NCBI GenBank assembly: GCA_040218735.1 | Contig: JAVJQW010000003.1 | Location: forward strand, 1-64,000 | Origin: Deltaproteobacteria bacterium | Lineage (GTDB): Bacteria; Myxococcota; Kuafuiibacteriia; Kuafuiibacteriales; Kuafuiibacteriaceae | Reading direction: 5' to 3' | DNA length: 64,000 nucleotides | Shown: one piece after another, positions 9,594 through 17,461 of the stretch | How positions within the stretch are numbered: the stretch's first letter is position 1 | How the letters are laid out: the number at the start of each line of letters is the position of its first letter | The notes under the pieces: generated by a model | The model's database searches: none | Told to the model about the DNA's origin: nothing | Seen by the model: only the letters and a program-made list of their open reading frames with translations | Translations under genes and position numbers: made by a program

Positions 9594-10736
9594 ATGAGGG
9601 CTCGATGGGTGCTCTGTGCGGTCGCGCTGACGGCCTGCGGCGAGGACGCGGACCCCTGCGTCGATGCCGAGCCGGGCACGGTGTGCACCTGGCTGGGGCT
9701 GCCCGGCGAGGCGGGGTTCAACGGGGACGGCCTCCCGCGTTGGGAGACCCAAGTGAACGAGGTCCAGGACCTCGTGTTCCTCGCGGACGGCACCGCCCTC
9801 TATAGTGACCTCAACAACCACCTGGTGCGAAGGGTTACGACCGACGGACGGGTCGAGACCGTCGTCGGCTGGACCGACCCGGTGTTCCCGGGCGACGGGC
9901 CGCTCGGCGGGATCCCCGCGGGCGGCGCGGCCGGGACCGACTGGCAGCTCACCCACCCGACCGCGCTGCTCTTGCGCGACGACGGCACCGTGCTGCTCGC
10001 GGCGTGGCACAACTACAAGGTCCTCCGGATCGATCCGACCGGTCGCGTCGAGGTGGTCGCGGGCGGCGACGTGGGGTTCGAGGGCGACGGCGGGCCGGCG
10101 ACGGACGCACGGTTCGCACGTCCCAACGACCTCGCCTACGACGCGGAGGGGCGACTGTTCGTGGTCGACCAGCAGAACGAACGTCTGCGGCGCATCGATC
10201 CCGACGGGACGATCACGACGGTCGCGGGGGACGGGACGTTCGGCTCCACGGGCGACGGCGGCCCCGCGGCCGACGCGACGCTGTCGTGGGCGGACTCGTC
10301 GAGCCCCAACCCGAGCGGCAACGTCGAGATCGTAGACGGGTCGCTGTACGTCGCGGACACCGAGGCCCACCGCATCCGTCGCATCGATCTGGCGACGGGG
10401 ATCATCGAGGCGTTCGCCGGCACCGGCGAGGGCGGGTTCGCGGGGGACGGCGGCCCGGCGATCGATTCCAAGCTGCGCGGGCCCCGCGACATGGAGCTCG
10501 GCCCCGACGGCGACCTGTACTTCGCCGACACCGACAACGGCGCGGTGCGTGCGATCGATCTCTCGAGTGGAACGATCCGCACCGTCGTCGGCACCGGCGA
10601 GCTGGGGCGCGACGAGGACGGGCGCGACGCGACCGCGTCGAGGTTGGGCCGGGCGTTCGGGATCGCGTTCGACGCGGCGGGTGCGCTCTACGTGATGGAC
10701 AGCGTCGGGCAGCGCATCGTGAAGGTCACGCGCTGA
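9594..10736 (+). CDS. NHL-repeat beta-propeller lipoprotein
   Basis: Lipobox LTAC; NHL repeats; divergently oriented paralog of 7326-8498. Confidence 0.85.
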   Translation: MRARWVLCAVALTACGEDADPCVDAEPGTVCTWLGLPGEAGFNGDGLPRWETQVNEVQDLVFLADGTALYSDLNNHLVRRVTTDGRVETVVGWTDPVFPGDGPLGGIPAGGAAGTDWQLTHPTALLLRDDGTVLLAAWHNYKVLRIDPTGRVEVVAGGDVGFEGDGGPATDARFARPNDLAYDAEGRLFVVDQQNERLRRIDPDGTITTVAGDGTFGSTGDGGPAADATLSWADSSSPNPSGNVEIVDGSLYVADTEAHRIRRIDLATGIIEAFAGTGEGGFAGDGGPAIDSKLRGPRDMELGPDGDLYFADTDNGAVRAIDLSSGTIRTVVGTGELGRDEDGRDATASRLGRAFGIAFDAAGALYVMDSVGQRIVKVTR

Positions 10737-11937
10737 GGAACTGCTGGAGCAGGTCGTTGGCGGCCTTCGGCGCCTCCTCGGTGACGTTCTCCTTGCCGCC
10801 CTGCAGGTAGCCGTCGCGACGCTCGATGCCGCCGGAGTGGGCCGCGAGCTGCTCGAGGAGCTCGGTGATCTCCGTGACGAACTCCGCCTGACGAACGAAC
10901 GCGCGTGCCTGCACGCCGAGGGCGCGACCGGTGATGCGGAGGTCGTCGCTGACGACGTAGGCGCGCTCGATGTGGTCGATCAGCGTGAGCTCGAGGTGCC
11001 GCGAGATCTTGTACGCACAGAAGGCGTACTTCGTGTCCTCGGCGCCCTTCGGGGTCTGCCACTTGGATCGGACGGAGGGGTCGGGGTTGTAGAGCTTCGC
11101 GACCGGCTTGTTGTGCTTCGCGACGACCCAGCGGCGGCCGTAGGAGAGGCTCTTCGGATCACTCGGCGAACCGAACACCAGCGCGCCGTGGCCGTTCACG
11201 TGCGTGGCGTCGAGGAAGTACAGCTCGAGGCCGCGGCCGTGGAGGAAGTCGCGCAGGTGGTTGGCCTGCGCGGCGGCCGGCATCGACGCGAAGCGACGGT
11301 CGCGGGTGAGTCGGAGCAGCGCCGAGCGGCGGCCGTTCCAGAACAGCTGGATGCGCTGGCGACGCATCGGCGCGGCGTTCGCGGCGAGGTTCGGACCGGC
11401 GACGTAGCGCAGCAAGTCGACTTGCTCTTCCGTGCGCATCACGGCGAACGCTTCGAGGTTGAAGACCACCGCGAGGTCGCGGCGTGCGTTCGGCGTCTCG
11501 GCGACGCGCTGGAACTCGGCGATGACGACTTCGCGCAGGCGGTGCGACGCGCTCGCGAGGTGTTCGGCGCGCAGGATCGACGTGAGGTCGGCGATCAGGC
11601 GGGCGCTCAGCGCGTTCGTGGGGAGGGACTCGAGGAGACGACGCTGCTGATTGGACGTGAGGTGTCCGAAGCCGGGCTCGCGGCACAGCGCGAGGAGGCC
11701 GCGGTGCGCGGCGCGGTCCTTCACCTTCGCGACGGTCTTGAAGAGGCTGCGGCGCGTGCCTTCGGCGAGCGCGGAGAGGATGGCGTCGTCGGCGACGGCG
11801 ATACGGAGCGCGCTGCCCACGTCGGGCTCGGCGCGCGACACGACACGATCGTGGAGGCTCTGCGAGAGGGCGAAGACCGAGAGGGCCTCTTCCATGCGGC
11901 GACGGTGGTAGTGCGTGTGCGGAGCCAGGGTCGTCAT
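10726..11937 (-). CDS. Hypothetical protein (helical N-terminus, possible permuted papain-like C-terminal domain)
   Basis: Long ORF with natural composition; ATG at 11937 preceded by AGAGGGG; C-terminal GHGALVFG..SYG segment. Confidence 0.65.
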   Translation of the reverse strand: MTTLAPHTHYHRRRMEEALSVFALSQSLHDRVVSRAEPDVGSALRIAVADDAILSALAEGTRRSLFKTVAKVKDRAAHRGLLALCREPGFGHLTSNQQRRLLESLPTNALSARLIADLTSILRAEHLASASHRLREVVIAEFQRVAETPNARRDLAVVFNLEAFAVMRTEEQVDLLRYVAGPNLAANAAPMRRQRIQLFWNGRRSALLRLTRDRRFASMPAAAQANHLRDFLHGRGLELYFLDATHVNGHGALVFGSPSDPKSLSYGRRWVVAKHNKPVAKLYNPDPSVRSKWQTPKGAEDTKYAFCAYKISRHLELTLIDHIERAYVVSDDLRITGRALGVQARAFVRQAEFVTEITELLEQLAAHSGGIERRDGYLQGGKENVTEEAPKAANDLLQQFLSA

Positions 11938-11953
11938 CTCGGGACCCCTCTTT

Positions 11954-11969
11954 CGCAACGAGCGCGCCA
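11954..11969 (-). promoter_or_regulatory. sigma54 (-24/-12)-like promoter
   Basis: Minus strand reads TGGCGCGCTCGTTGCG versus consensus TGGCACGNNNNTTGCW; GG-N10-GC spacing is exact. Confidence 0.55.
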
Positions 11970-12159
11970 ACGTGGATCCGGGGGCCTCGTTCCTGATGAC
12001 CGTGCTCTAACGAGCTAATTTCATTGGGATCTCGATCGAGGGGGCGGGCCGAGGCGGCGTCCGGGTCGATCGTGTGCAGCGAAATTCAGTGCCGCAACGC
12101 GAGCGGTGCACCGCTTCGGGAGTGCACACGATCGACCCCGCTGGACCCCGCCAAATCGC

Positions 12160-12175
12160 TGGCACGGCGGGTGCT
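12160..12175 (+). promoter_or_regulatory. sigma54 (-24/-12)-like promoter
   Basis: TGGCACGGCGGGTGCT, about 40 nt upstream of ATG 12218, with RBS AAGGAGA in between. Confidence 0.7.
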
Positions 12176-12217
12176 CTAGGTCCCCCCGGAACCGAAACCA
12201 CCCAAGGAGATTTTGAG

Positions 12218-13156
12218 ATGACCATCGTCAACAACAACCGCGCGTCCGACTTCCAGTTCGAAACCTTCAGCGACCTCGTGGGCGCCGGCGAGTACGGCGG
12301 CGGCCTGTCGGCTTCGCTCCGCCGCAAGTTCGGGAACCTTCCGCCCGAGCTGATGATCCTCCTCATGCGCATCCTCGAGGACGGCCAGATCAACGGCGGC
12401 CCCGATGGCGACGACACCAAGGACATCGCGAAGCTCAAGAAGGAAGCGTGCATCAGCACCTCCGAGCTCCACCAGATCAACTCCGCGTTCCAGGGTTTCT
12501 TGTCGAACTGGTCCACGGGCCACGGGAGCGTCGAGGCGTACATGTCGATCCTCGGCCTCGACGAGCTGCAGGACGAGACCCTCAAGTCCCAGATCGCGCA
12601 GATGCTGATGGACGGCTACGTCACCAGCGACGAGGCGATGAAGCTCGCGGAGCTCGGCGTCATCGACAAGGCCGACGCGGACGCGTTCGCGGAGTCCGCG
12701 AACTGGGTGATGGCCGACGGCAACAAGCCGACCAGCAGCCTGAGCCGGGAAGCCAAGGAGTACATGTTCGGCATCGGGATCACCGGCCAGTACTCGTTCG
12801 GCGACACGATGCTGATGCTGATGCTGCTCATGATGCAGCTCTTCCAGAAGCGCATCGAGGACATGTCCAGCGCCGTCGCGGAAGCGCAGCTGAAGGCCGA
12901 CGTCTCCGCCGCGAAGTACCGCGCGCTCCTCGCGAACGCGCCGGCCGACCGCGAGAGCGACGACTACGCGGCGTGGTCGCGGGAGAAGGAAGCGCTCAAG
13001 ATGGACATGGACCACGACGACGACGAGGTCCAGCAGCTCATGGCCGAGCTCAAGCGCGTCATGGACAAGTACGACACGCTCGAGAAGATGTTCCAGGGCA
13101 TCCTCGACCAGATCGGCGCGAGCGAGCGCGCCATGGCCCAGAAGATGGATTCCTAA
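12218..13156 (+). CDS. Met-rich helical hypothetical protein, possible secretion-system filament/translocator-like
   Basis: Strong RBS AAGGAGA; almost all codons end in G/C; no Sec signal; hydrophobic TMLMLMLLMMQLF segment and a C-terminal coiled coil. Confidence 0.75.
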   Translation: MTIVNNNRASDFQFETFSDLVGAGEYGGGLSASLRRKFGNLPPELMILLMRILEDGQINGGPDGDDTKDIAKLKKEACISTSELHQINSAFQGFLSNWSTGHGSVEAYMSILGLDELQDETLKSQIAQMLMDGYVTSDEAMKLAELGVIDKADADAFAESANWVMADGNKPTSSLSREAKEYMFGIGITGQYSFGDTMLMLMLLMMQLFQKRIEDMSSAVAEAQLKADVSAAKYRALLANAPADRESDDYAAWSREKEALKMDMDHDDDEVQQLMAELKRVMDKYDTLEKMFQGILDQIGASERAMAQKMDS

Positions 13157-13194
13157 TCCACTGAAGCGAACGCACGAGAGCGAGGAGCAAGACG

Positions 13195-13539
13195 ATGATC
13201 GGCCAGAACCTACAGAAGAAACTCCCCGAAGACCTCCAGGGCGCCGTCGGGCAGTACATGGAGCAGGCCACCGACGACAGCATCGACGAGGTCGCGGTCG
13301 AGATCGCCCAGCAGGCGACCGGCTTCATCGACCGGGTCAACGAGACGCTGCAGCGTTACGAGTCATCGGACGGCACGGAGCGCGACGAGGCCCGTGCCGA
13401 GCTCTTCGCTCGACTGCGGGACATCCGAAACTTCAAGGCCAACGCCCAGCAGGTCCTCGCGGTGATGCCCGACCTCAAGAAGCGCTGCGCGACGGTGCTC
13501 GCGAAGTCAGACCGCAAGCGGAAGCGCCCGGCGGCCTGA
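13195..13539 (+). CDS. Hypothetical helical protein
   Basis: GAGGAG RBS; follows the 12218 gene after a 38-nt gap. Confidence 0.7.
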   Translation: MIGQNLQKKLPEDLQGAVGQYMEQATDDSIDEVAVEIAQQATGFIDRVNETLQRYESSDGTERDEARAELFARLRDIRNFKANAQQVLAVMPDLKKRCATVLAKSDRKRKRPAA

Positions 13540-13607
13540 GCTCCTGGGCGCACCTCGCGATTCGGAAATCCGTCTGAATCCGGGGCATCGTGGTAAGTTC
13601 GCGCCCG

Positions 13608-15863
13608 ATGTACCTCGGGTTCGCGAACCCCACGCCGGAGGCGCCCGTGCCGTGCGGGCGCTACGAGCTGCTGGAGCGGATCGGCTACGGGGGCATGGCG
13701 GAGATCTTCCGCGCGCGGCTCGCCGGGCCCTCGGGGTTCAGCAAGACGGTCGTCATCAAGCGCATCCTCCCGCGGCTCGCGCACGACAACCTCGTCGTTC
13801 GGATGTTCGTGGAGGAGGCGAAGATCGCCGCCGCCGCGGATCACGACAACATCGCCACCGTGTTCGAGCTCGGCGTCGCCGACGACGGCAAGTTCTTCAT
13901 GGTGATGGAATACATTCAAGGGATCGACCTGGAGCTGCTCCTCGGCTCCGCGTCGAAGCGCTCCCTCCGCGTGCCGACCTGGTTCGCGGTCCACACCGTG
14001 TGTCAGGTGCTCGAAGCGCTCTCCTACGTCCACGGCCTCACCGACGAGGAGGGCAACCCGCGCAACGTCATCCACCGCGACGCCACGCCCTCGAACATCT
14101 TCATCTCGCAGCTGGGGCAGGTGAAGCTGTCGGACTTCGGCGTCGCGGACTACGAAGGCAAGTCGCCGACGACGCAGGCCGGGCAGCTCAAGGGCAAGCT
14201 CGCGTACATGTCGCCCGAGCAGCTCAACAACAAGCCGCTCGACCAGCGCGCGGACCTGTTCACGATCGGGGTCGTGCTGTGGGAGGCGCTGACGCACCGG
14301 CGCCTGTTCGGCTCCCTCTCCGAGGTGCAGGCGATGCTCGCGATCTGCGATCCGGAGCGGCGCCGCGCGCCGTCGGACGTGGCGACGGATCTGCCGAAGG
14401 CGCTCGACGAGATCGTTCTGAAGGCCCTCGCCGTCGACCGCGACGAACGTTACGCGACCGCGGAGGACTTCCAGTCGGACCTCCTCGCGGTGCTCCACGA
14501 CCTCCACGGTCCGGTGCGGCGCCGGGACGTTCGGGACGTCGTCGCGGTGGTCACCGGACGTCAGGCGCCGAGCGCCGACACCACCGGCTCGATGGCGGCG
14601 CTGTCGATCGTCGACACGGACTCCGCGTTCTTGGAGGTCCCGGAGGAGCGCAGCGAGAGCCAGGACATCCCGCGTGAGGACTTCGACGAGTTGATCACGG
14701 GGTCCGAGGCGACCATCGATCACACCCAACAACCCGGCGCGCTCCGGATCGGCACCGACGACATCGCGGGCGTGCAGGCGATGGTCGACTACGGACCGGT
14801 CGACTACTCGTCGGACCCGATGGACCAGACGCTGCGCGACGAGCACTACGTGACGTCGCCGATCGCGCCGACGCCCACGATCGTCCCGGACGACCCGCCG
14901 CCCGTGCCGCAGGGCGACACGGATCCGTACGCGGGGCCCTACGCGTTCTTCACGCGCCGCGCCGGCGAGGCCTCGGAGGGCCCGCTCGACTTCTCCGCCG
15001 CGCACCGCCGCCTCGCGGACGCCGCGGAGGTCGGGCGCACGATCTCCATCTCCGCCGACGATCGCTACTGGATCGAAGCCTCGGAGTACGCCGAGCTGAC
15101 CGGGCAGGATCTCCTCGCCGAGCTCGGCGCGCCGCCGACCAACGTGACCGTCGTCGGGTCCGCGGCGCAGCGACGCATCCCGACGCTCCTCGCGGTGCTC
15201 GCACGCGACCGCTCCACGGGGACCCTCTCCGTCGCCAAGGCCGACCTCACCGAAGAGCTCTGGTACGAGCTGCTGATCGCCGACGGGAAACCGACGCGCG
15301 TGCGGACGAACGTGCCGTCGATGCAGCTCCCGAACGTGCTCGTGGACGGCGGGTGGGTCTCCGCCGACGCGATGCCGCGGTTGCTCCACACCGTGGTGGA
15401 GGATCGTCAGGCGCTGGATCGCATCGCGCGCAACGACGGTTTCGCGACGCCTTCGCCACTCGACGTGATGCGCGCGCGCTCGACCGCGATGTTCCAGTGG
15501 AGCGAGGCGGACTACACGTTCAACGCGGACCCGACGCTCCATTACGGCGCTCCCGTGGCCGGCTCGGTGCTCGCGTTACTGCCGACCCTCGTCAAACATT
15601 CGCTGACCGGCGCTCAGATCTTGGAGCGACTGATGCCGCGCATCGACACCGAGCACGAGCCGTCGTGGCGCTTCGCCGAGGCCGTCGAGGAGATGCAGCT
15701 CGACACCGCGGACCGCGACGCCGCCGAGTGCTTCGCGGTCGCGCAGACGCTCCGCAAGGCGATCGAAGGACGCATCCACGAGCGCGAGCGCATGATGGCG
15801 ATGGCGCTGCTGCTGATCGAAGCGGACCTGTTGATCGAAGTCCCGTCGCGTCTGCGAACCTGA
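13608..15863 (+). CDS. Ser/Thr protein kinase, cytoplasmic, with C-terminal DUF4388-like region
   Basis: IGYGGMAEIF, VVIKR, HRDATPSN, DFG, YMSPE; C-terminal STGTLSV..ELLIADGKP; no TM helix. Confidence 0.9.
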   Translation: MYLGFANPTPEAPVPCGRYELLERIGYGGMAEIFRARLAGPSGFSKTVVIKRILPRLAHDNLVVRMFVEEAKIAAAADHDNIATVFELGVADDGKFFMVMEYIQGIDLELLLGSASKRSLRVPTWFAVHTVCQVLEALSYVHGLTDEEGNPRNVIHRDATPSNIFISQLGQVKLSDFGVADYEGKSPTTQAGQLKGKLAYMSPEQLNNKPLDQRADLFTIGVVLWEALTHRRLFGSLSEVQAMLAICDPERRRAPSDVATDLPKALDEIVLKALAVDRDERYATAEDFQSDLLAVLHDLHGPVRRRDVRDVVAVVTGRQAPSADTTGSMAALSIVDTDSAFLEVPEERSESQDIPREDFDELITGSEATIDHTQQPGALRIGTDDIAGVQAMVDYGPVDYSSDPMDQTLRDEHYVTSPIAPTPTIVPDDPPPVPQGDTDPYAGPYAFFTRRAGEASEGPLDFSAAHRRLADAAEVGRTISISADDRYWIEASEYAELTGQDLLAELGAPPTNVTVVGSAAQRRIPTLLAVLARDRSTGTLSVAKADLTEELWYELLIADGKPTRVRTNVPSMQLPNVLVDGGWVSADAMPRLLHTVVEDRQALDRIARNDGFATPSPLDVMRARSTAMFQWSEADYTFNADPTLHYGAPVAGSVLALLPTLVKHSLTGAQILERLMPRIDTEHEPSWRFAEAVEEMQLDTADRDAAECFAVAQTLRKAIEGRIHERERMMAMALLLIEADLLIEVPSRLRT

Positions 15864-15929
15864 CTCACGACAGGTGCATTGCAACCGGCGGCGCGTCGGA
15901 TCGCGTCGGCCGACGCCGCGATCTCGCGC

Positions 15930-15945
15930 TGGTACGCGCGGTGCA
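15930..15945 (+). promoter_or_regulatory. sigma54 (-24/-12)-like promoter
   Basis: TGGTACGCGCGGTGCA, GG-N10-GC; predicted +1 lies about 3 nt before ATG 15959. Confidence 0.55.
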
Positions 15946-15958
15946 TTTCGGCGCCACC

Positions 15959-17461
15959 ATGGTGAAGCCTGCCGCACCCGCTCGCCCCGCTCCGAAGCCC
16001 GTGAAGCGCGCGCCCGCACGGCGGCCGGCGGGTAAGAAGCTCGGCGCCAAGCGACCGGCGAAGCCGCTCGCGAAGAAGAAGCCGACCTCCAAGAAACCGA
16101 CCGCCAAGAGGACGGCCGCGAAGAAGCCGGGCGTCGACAAAAACACCAACAAACAGTCCATTCAAAAGAACACGCCGGCGCGTCCGGCGCGCGATAAACG
16201 TGACCCGCACCTCGGGGCTGCGCCCGGGGTGTTGCAGGGGCCCGCCGCGCATGCGGCGCGCGGGGAGCTGTCGCCCCGGCCGTACGCGAAGCTGACGGCG
16301 GATCAGCTCAGCGGGCCGGACGACCTGCGGCTCGACAAGGTGCACCGGCAGGCCACGACGAAGAACGTCGAGATGACGCGAAAGCTCGCGAAGACCCTCG
16401 ACGAAGCGGGCGTCGAGGGCGCGCACGTGTACGGCCGCGCGAAGGACAAGGTGTCGCTGTTCAACAAACTCCGCGAGACGCCGGGGATGAAGCTCGGCGA
16501 CGTGAAGGACGTGTCGGGCGTGCGCGCCGACATCACGCCGACCAAACCTGCGTTCGGCGACGTGAAGCAGGCGCAGAAGGCCGTGACCGAGACGTTCGGC
16601 GACGCTGCGAAGCTCAAGGGTGACTACATCACCAACCCGAACAAGTGGGGGTACACGGGTCGCATCCACGACATCGTCGACAACGGCGGGATGCCGCACG
16701 AGGTGCAGCTCGGGTCGAAGGACATCTCGAAGTTCATCGACCAGAAGCTCACCACGAAGGGCGGCCACCAGATCTCGCTGCACGACACGACGTTCTACAA
16801 GGGCGACACCAACGGGGCGCGCCTGCCGCAGCACCTGGAGAAGGAGTACACGTCGCTGATGGGTCGCATCCGCGACGCCAACGCTGCGGGCAAGTCGGCC
16901 GACGAAGTCCCCGAGCTCGCGCGCGACCTGAAGAAGTTCAAGGACGCCGCGGAGGAGGCGCTGCCTGCAAAGCTCCTCGCCAAACCGGATCCGAAGCTGT
17001 CCACGAAGGCGAAGGTCGGTCGCGCCGCGGGGAAGGTGCTCGGCGTGGCCGGCGTGGTCGGCGGCGCGATGCAGACCGCCGACGGCGTGCAGGAGCTCCG
17101 CGACGGGAAGTACGTCGAAGGCGGCGCGGACGTCGTCGCGGGGGGCGGCAGCATCGCGTCCTCCGCCGCGCTGATGGCGGGGCGCGTCGGCCTCGGAACC
17201 ACGACCGGCGGCGCGGTTGCGGTGGTCGACGGCGCGAAGGACATCTACGTCGGCATCCGCGACGGCAACGTCGAGAAGGGCGTCACCGGCGCGGTGAAGT
17301 CGGGGGCCGGCGCGGCGATGATCGCGGGCGTCGCCACCGCCAACCCCGTGCTCATCGCGGGCGGCGCGGTCGCGTACGGCGGCGCGGTCGTCTACGAGAA
17401 TCGAAAGGCCATCGCCGGCGCGGCGAAGAAGGCATGGAACTGGGTGAAGTCATGGTGGTGA
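15959..17461 (+). CDS. RelA/SpoT-family small alarmone synthetase-like domain protein with K/P/A-rich N-terminus and Gly-rich hydrophobic C-terminus (putative toxin/effector)
   Basis: GRAKDKVSLFNK, DVKDVSGVR, DYITNPNKWGYTGRIH and HEVQL match the synthetase motifs Syn1-4; the tail has several GxxxG hydrophobic helices. Confidence 0.8.
   Translation: MVKPAAPARPAPKPVKRAPARRPAGKKLGAKRPAKPLAKKKPTSKKPTAKRTAAKKPGVDKNTNKQSIQKNTPARPARDKRDPHLGAAPGVLQGPAAHAARGELSPRPYAKLTADQLSGPDDLRLDKVHRQATTKNVEMTRKLAKTLDEAGVEGAHVYGRAKDKVSLFNKLRETPGMKLGDVKDVSGVRADITPTKPAFGDVKQAQKAVTETFGDAAKLKGDYITNPNKWGYTGRIHDIVDNGGMPHEVQLGSKDISKFIDQKLTTKGGHQISLHDTTFYKGDTNGARLPQHLEKEYTSLMGRIRDANAAGKSADEVPELARDLKKFKDAAEEALPAKLLAKPDPKLSTKAKVGRAAGKVLGVAGVVGGAMQTADGVQELRDGKYVEGGADVVAGGGSIASSAALMAGRVGLGTTTGGAVAVVDGAKDIYVGIRDGNVEKGVTGAVKSGAGAAMIAGVATANPVLIAGGAVAYGGAVVYENRKAIAGAAKKAWNWVKSWW

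Noticed and set aside
3970-10736. Recurrent GGCGACGGCGGCCCG motifs
   Set aside because: These are coding NHL (GDGGPA) repeats, not a DNA-level repeat array.
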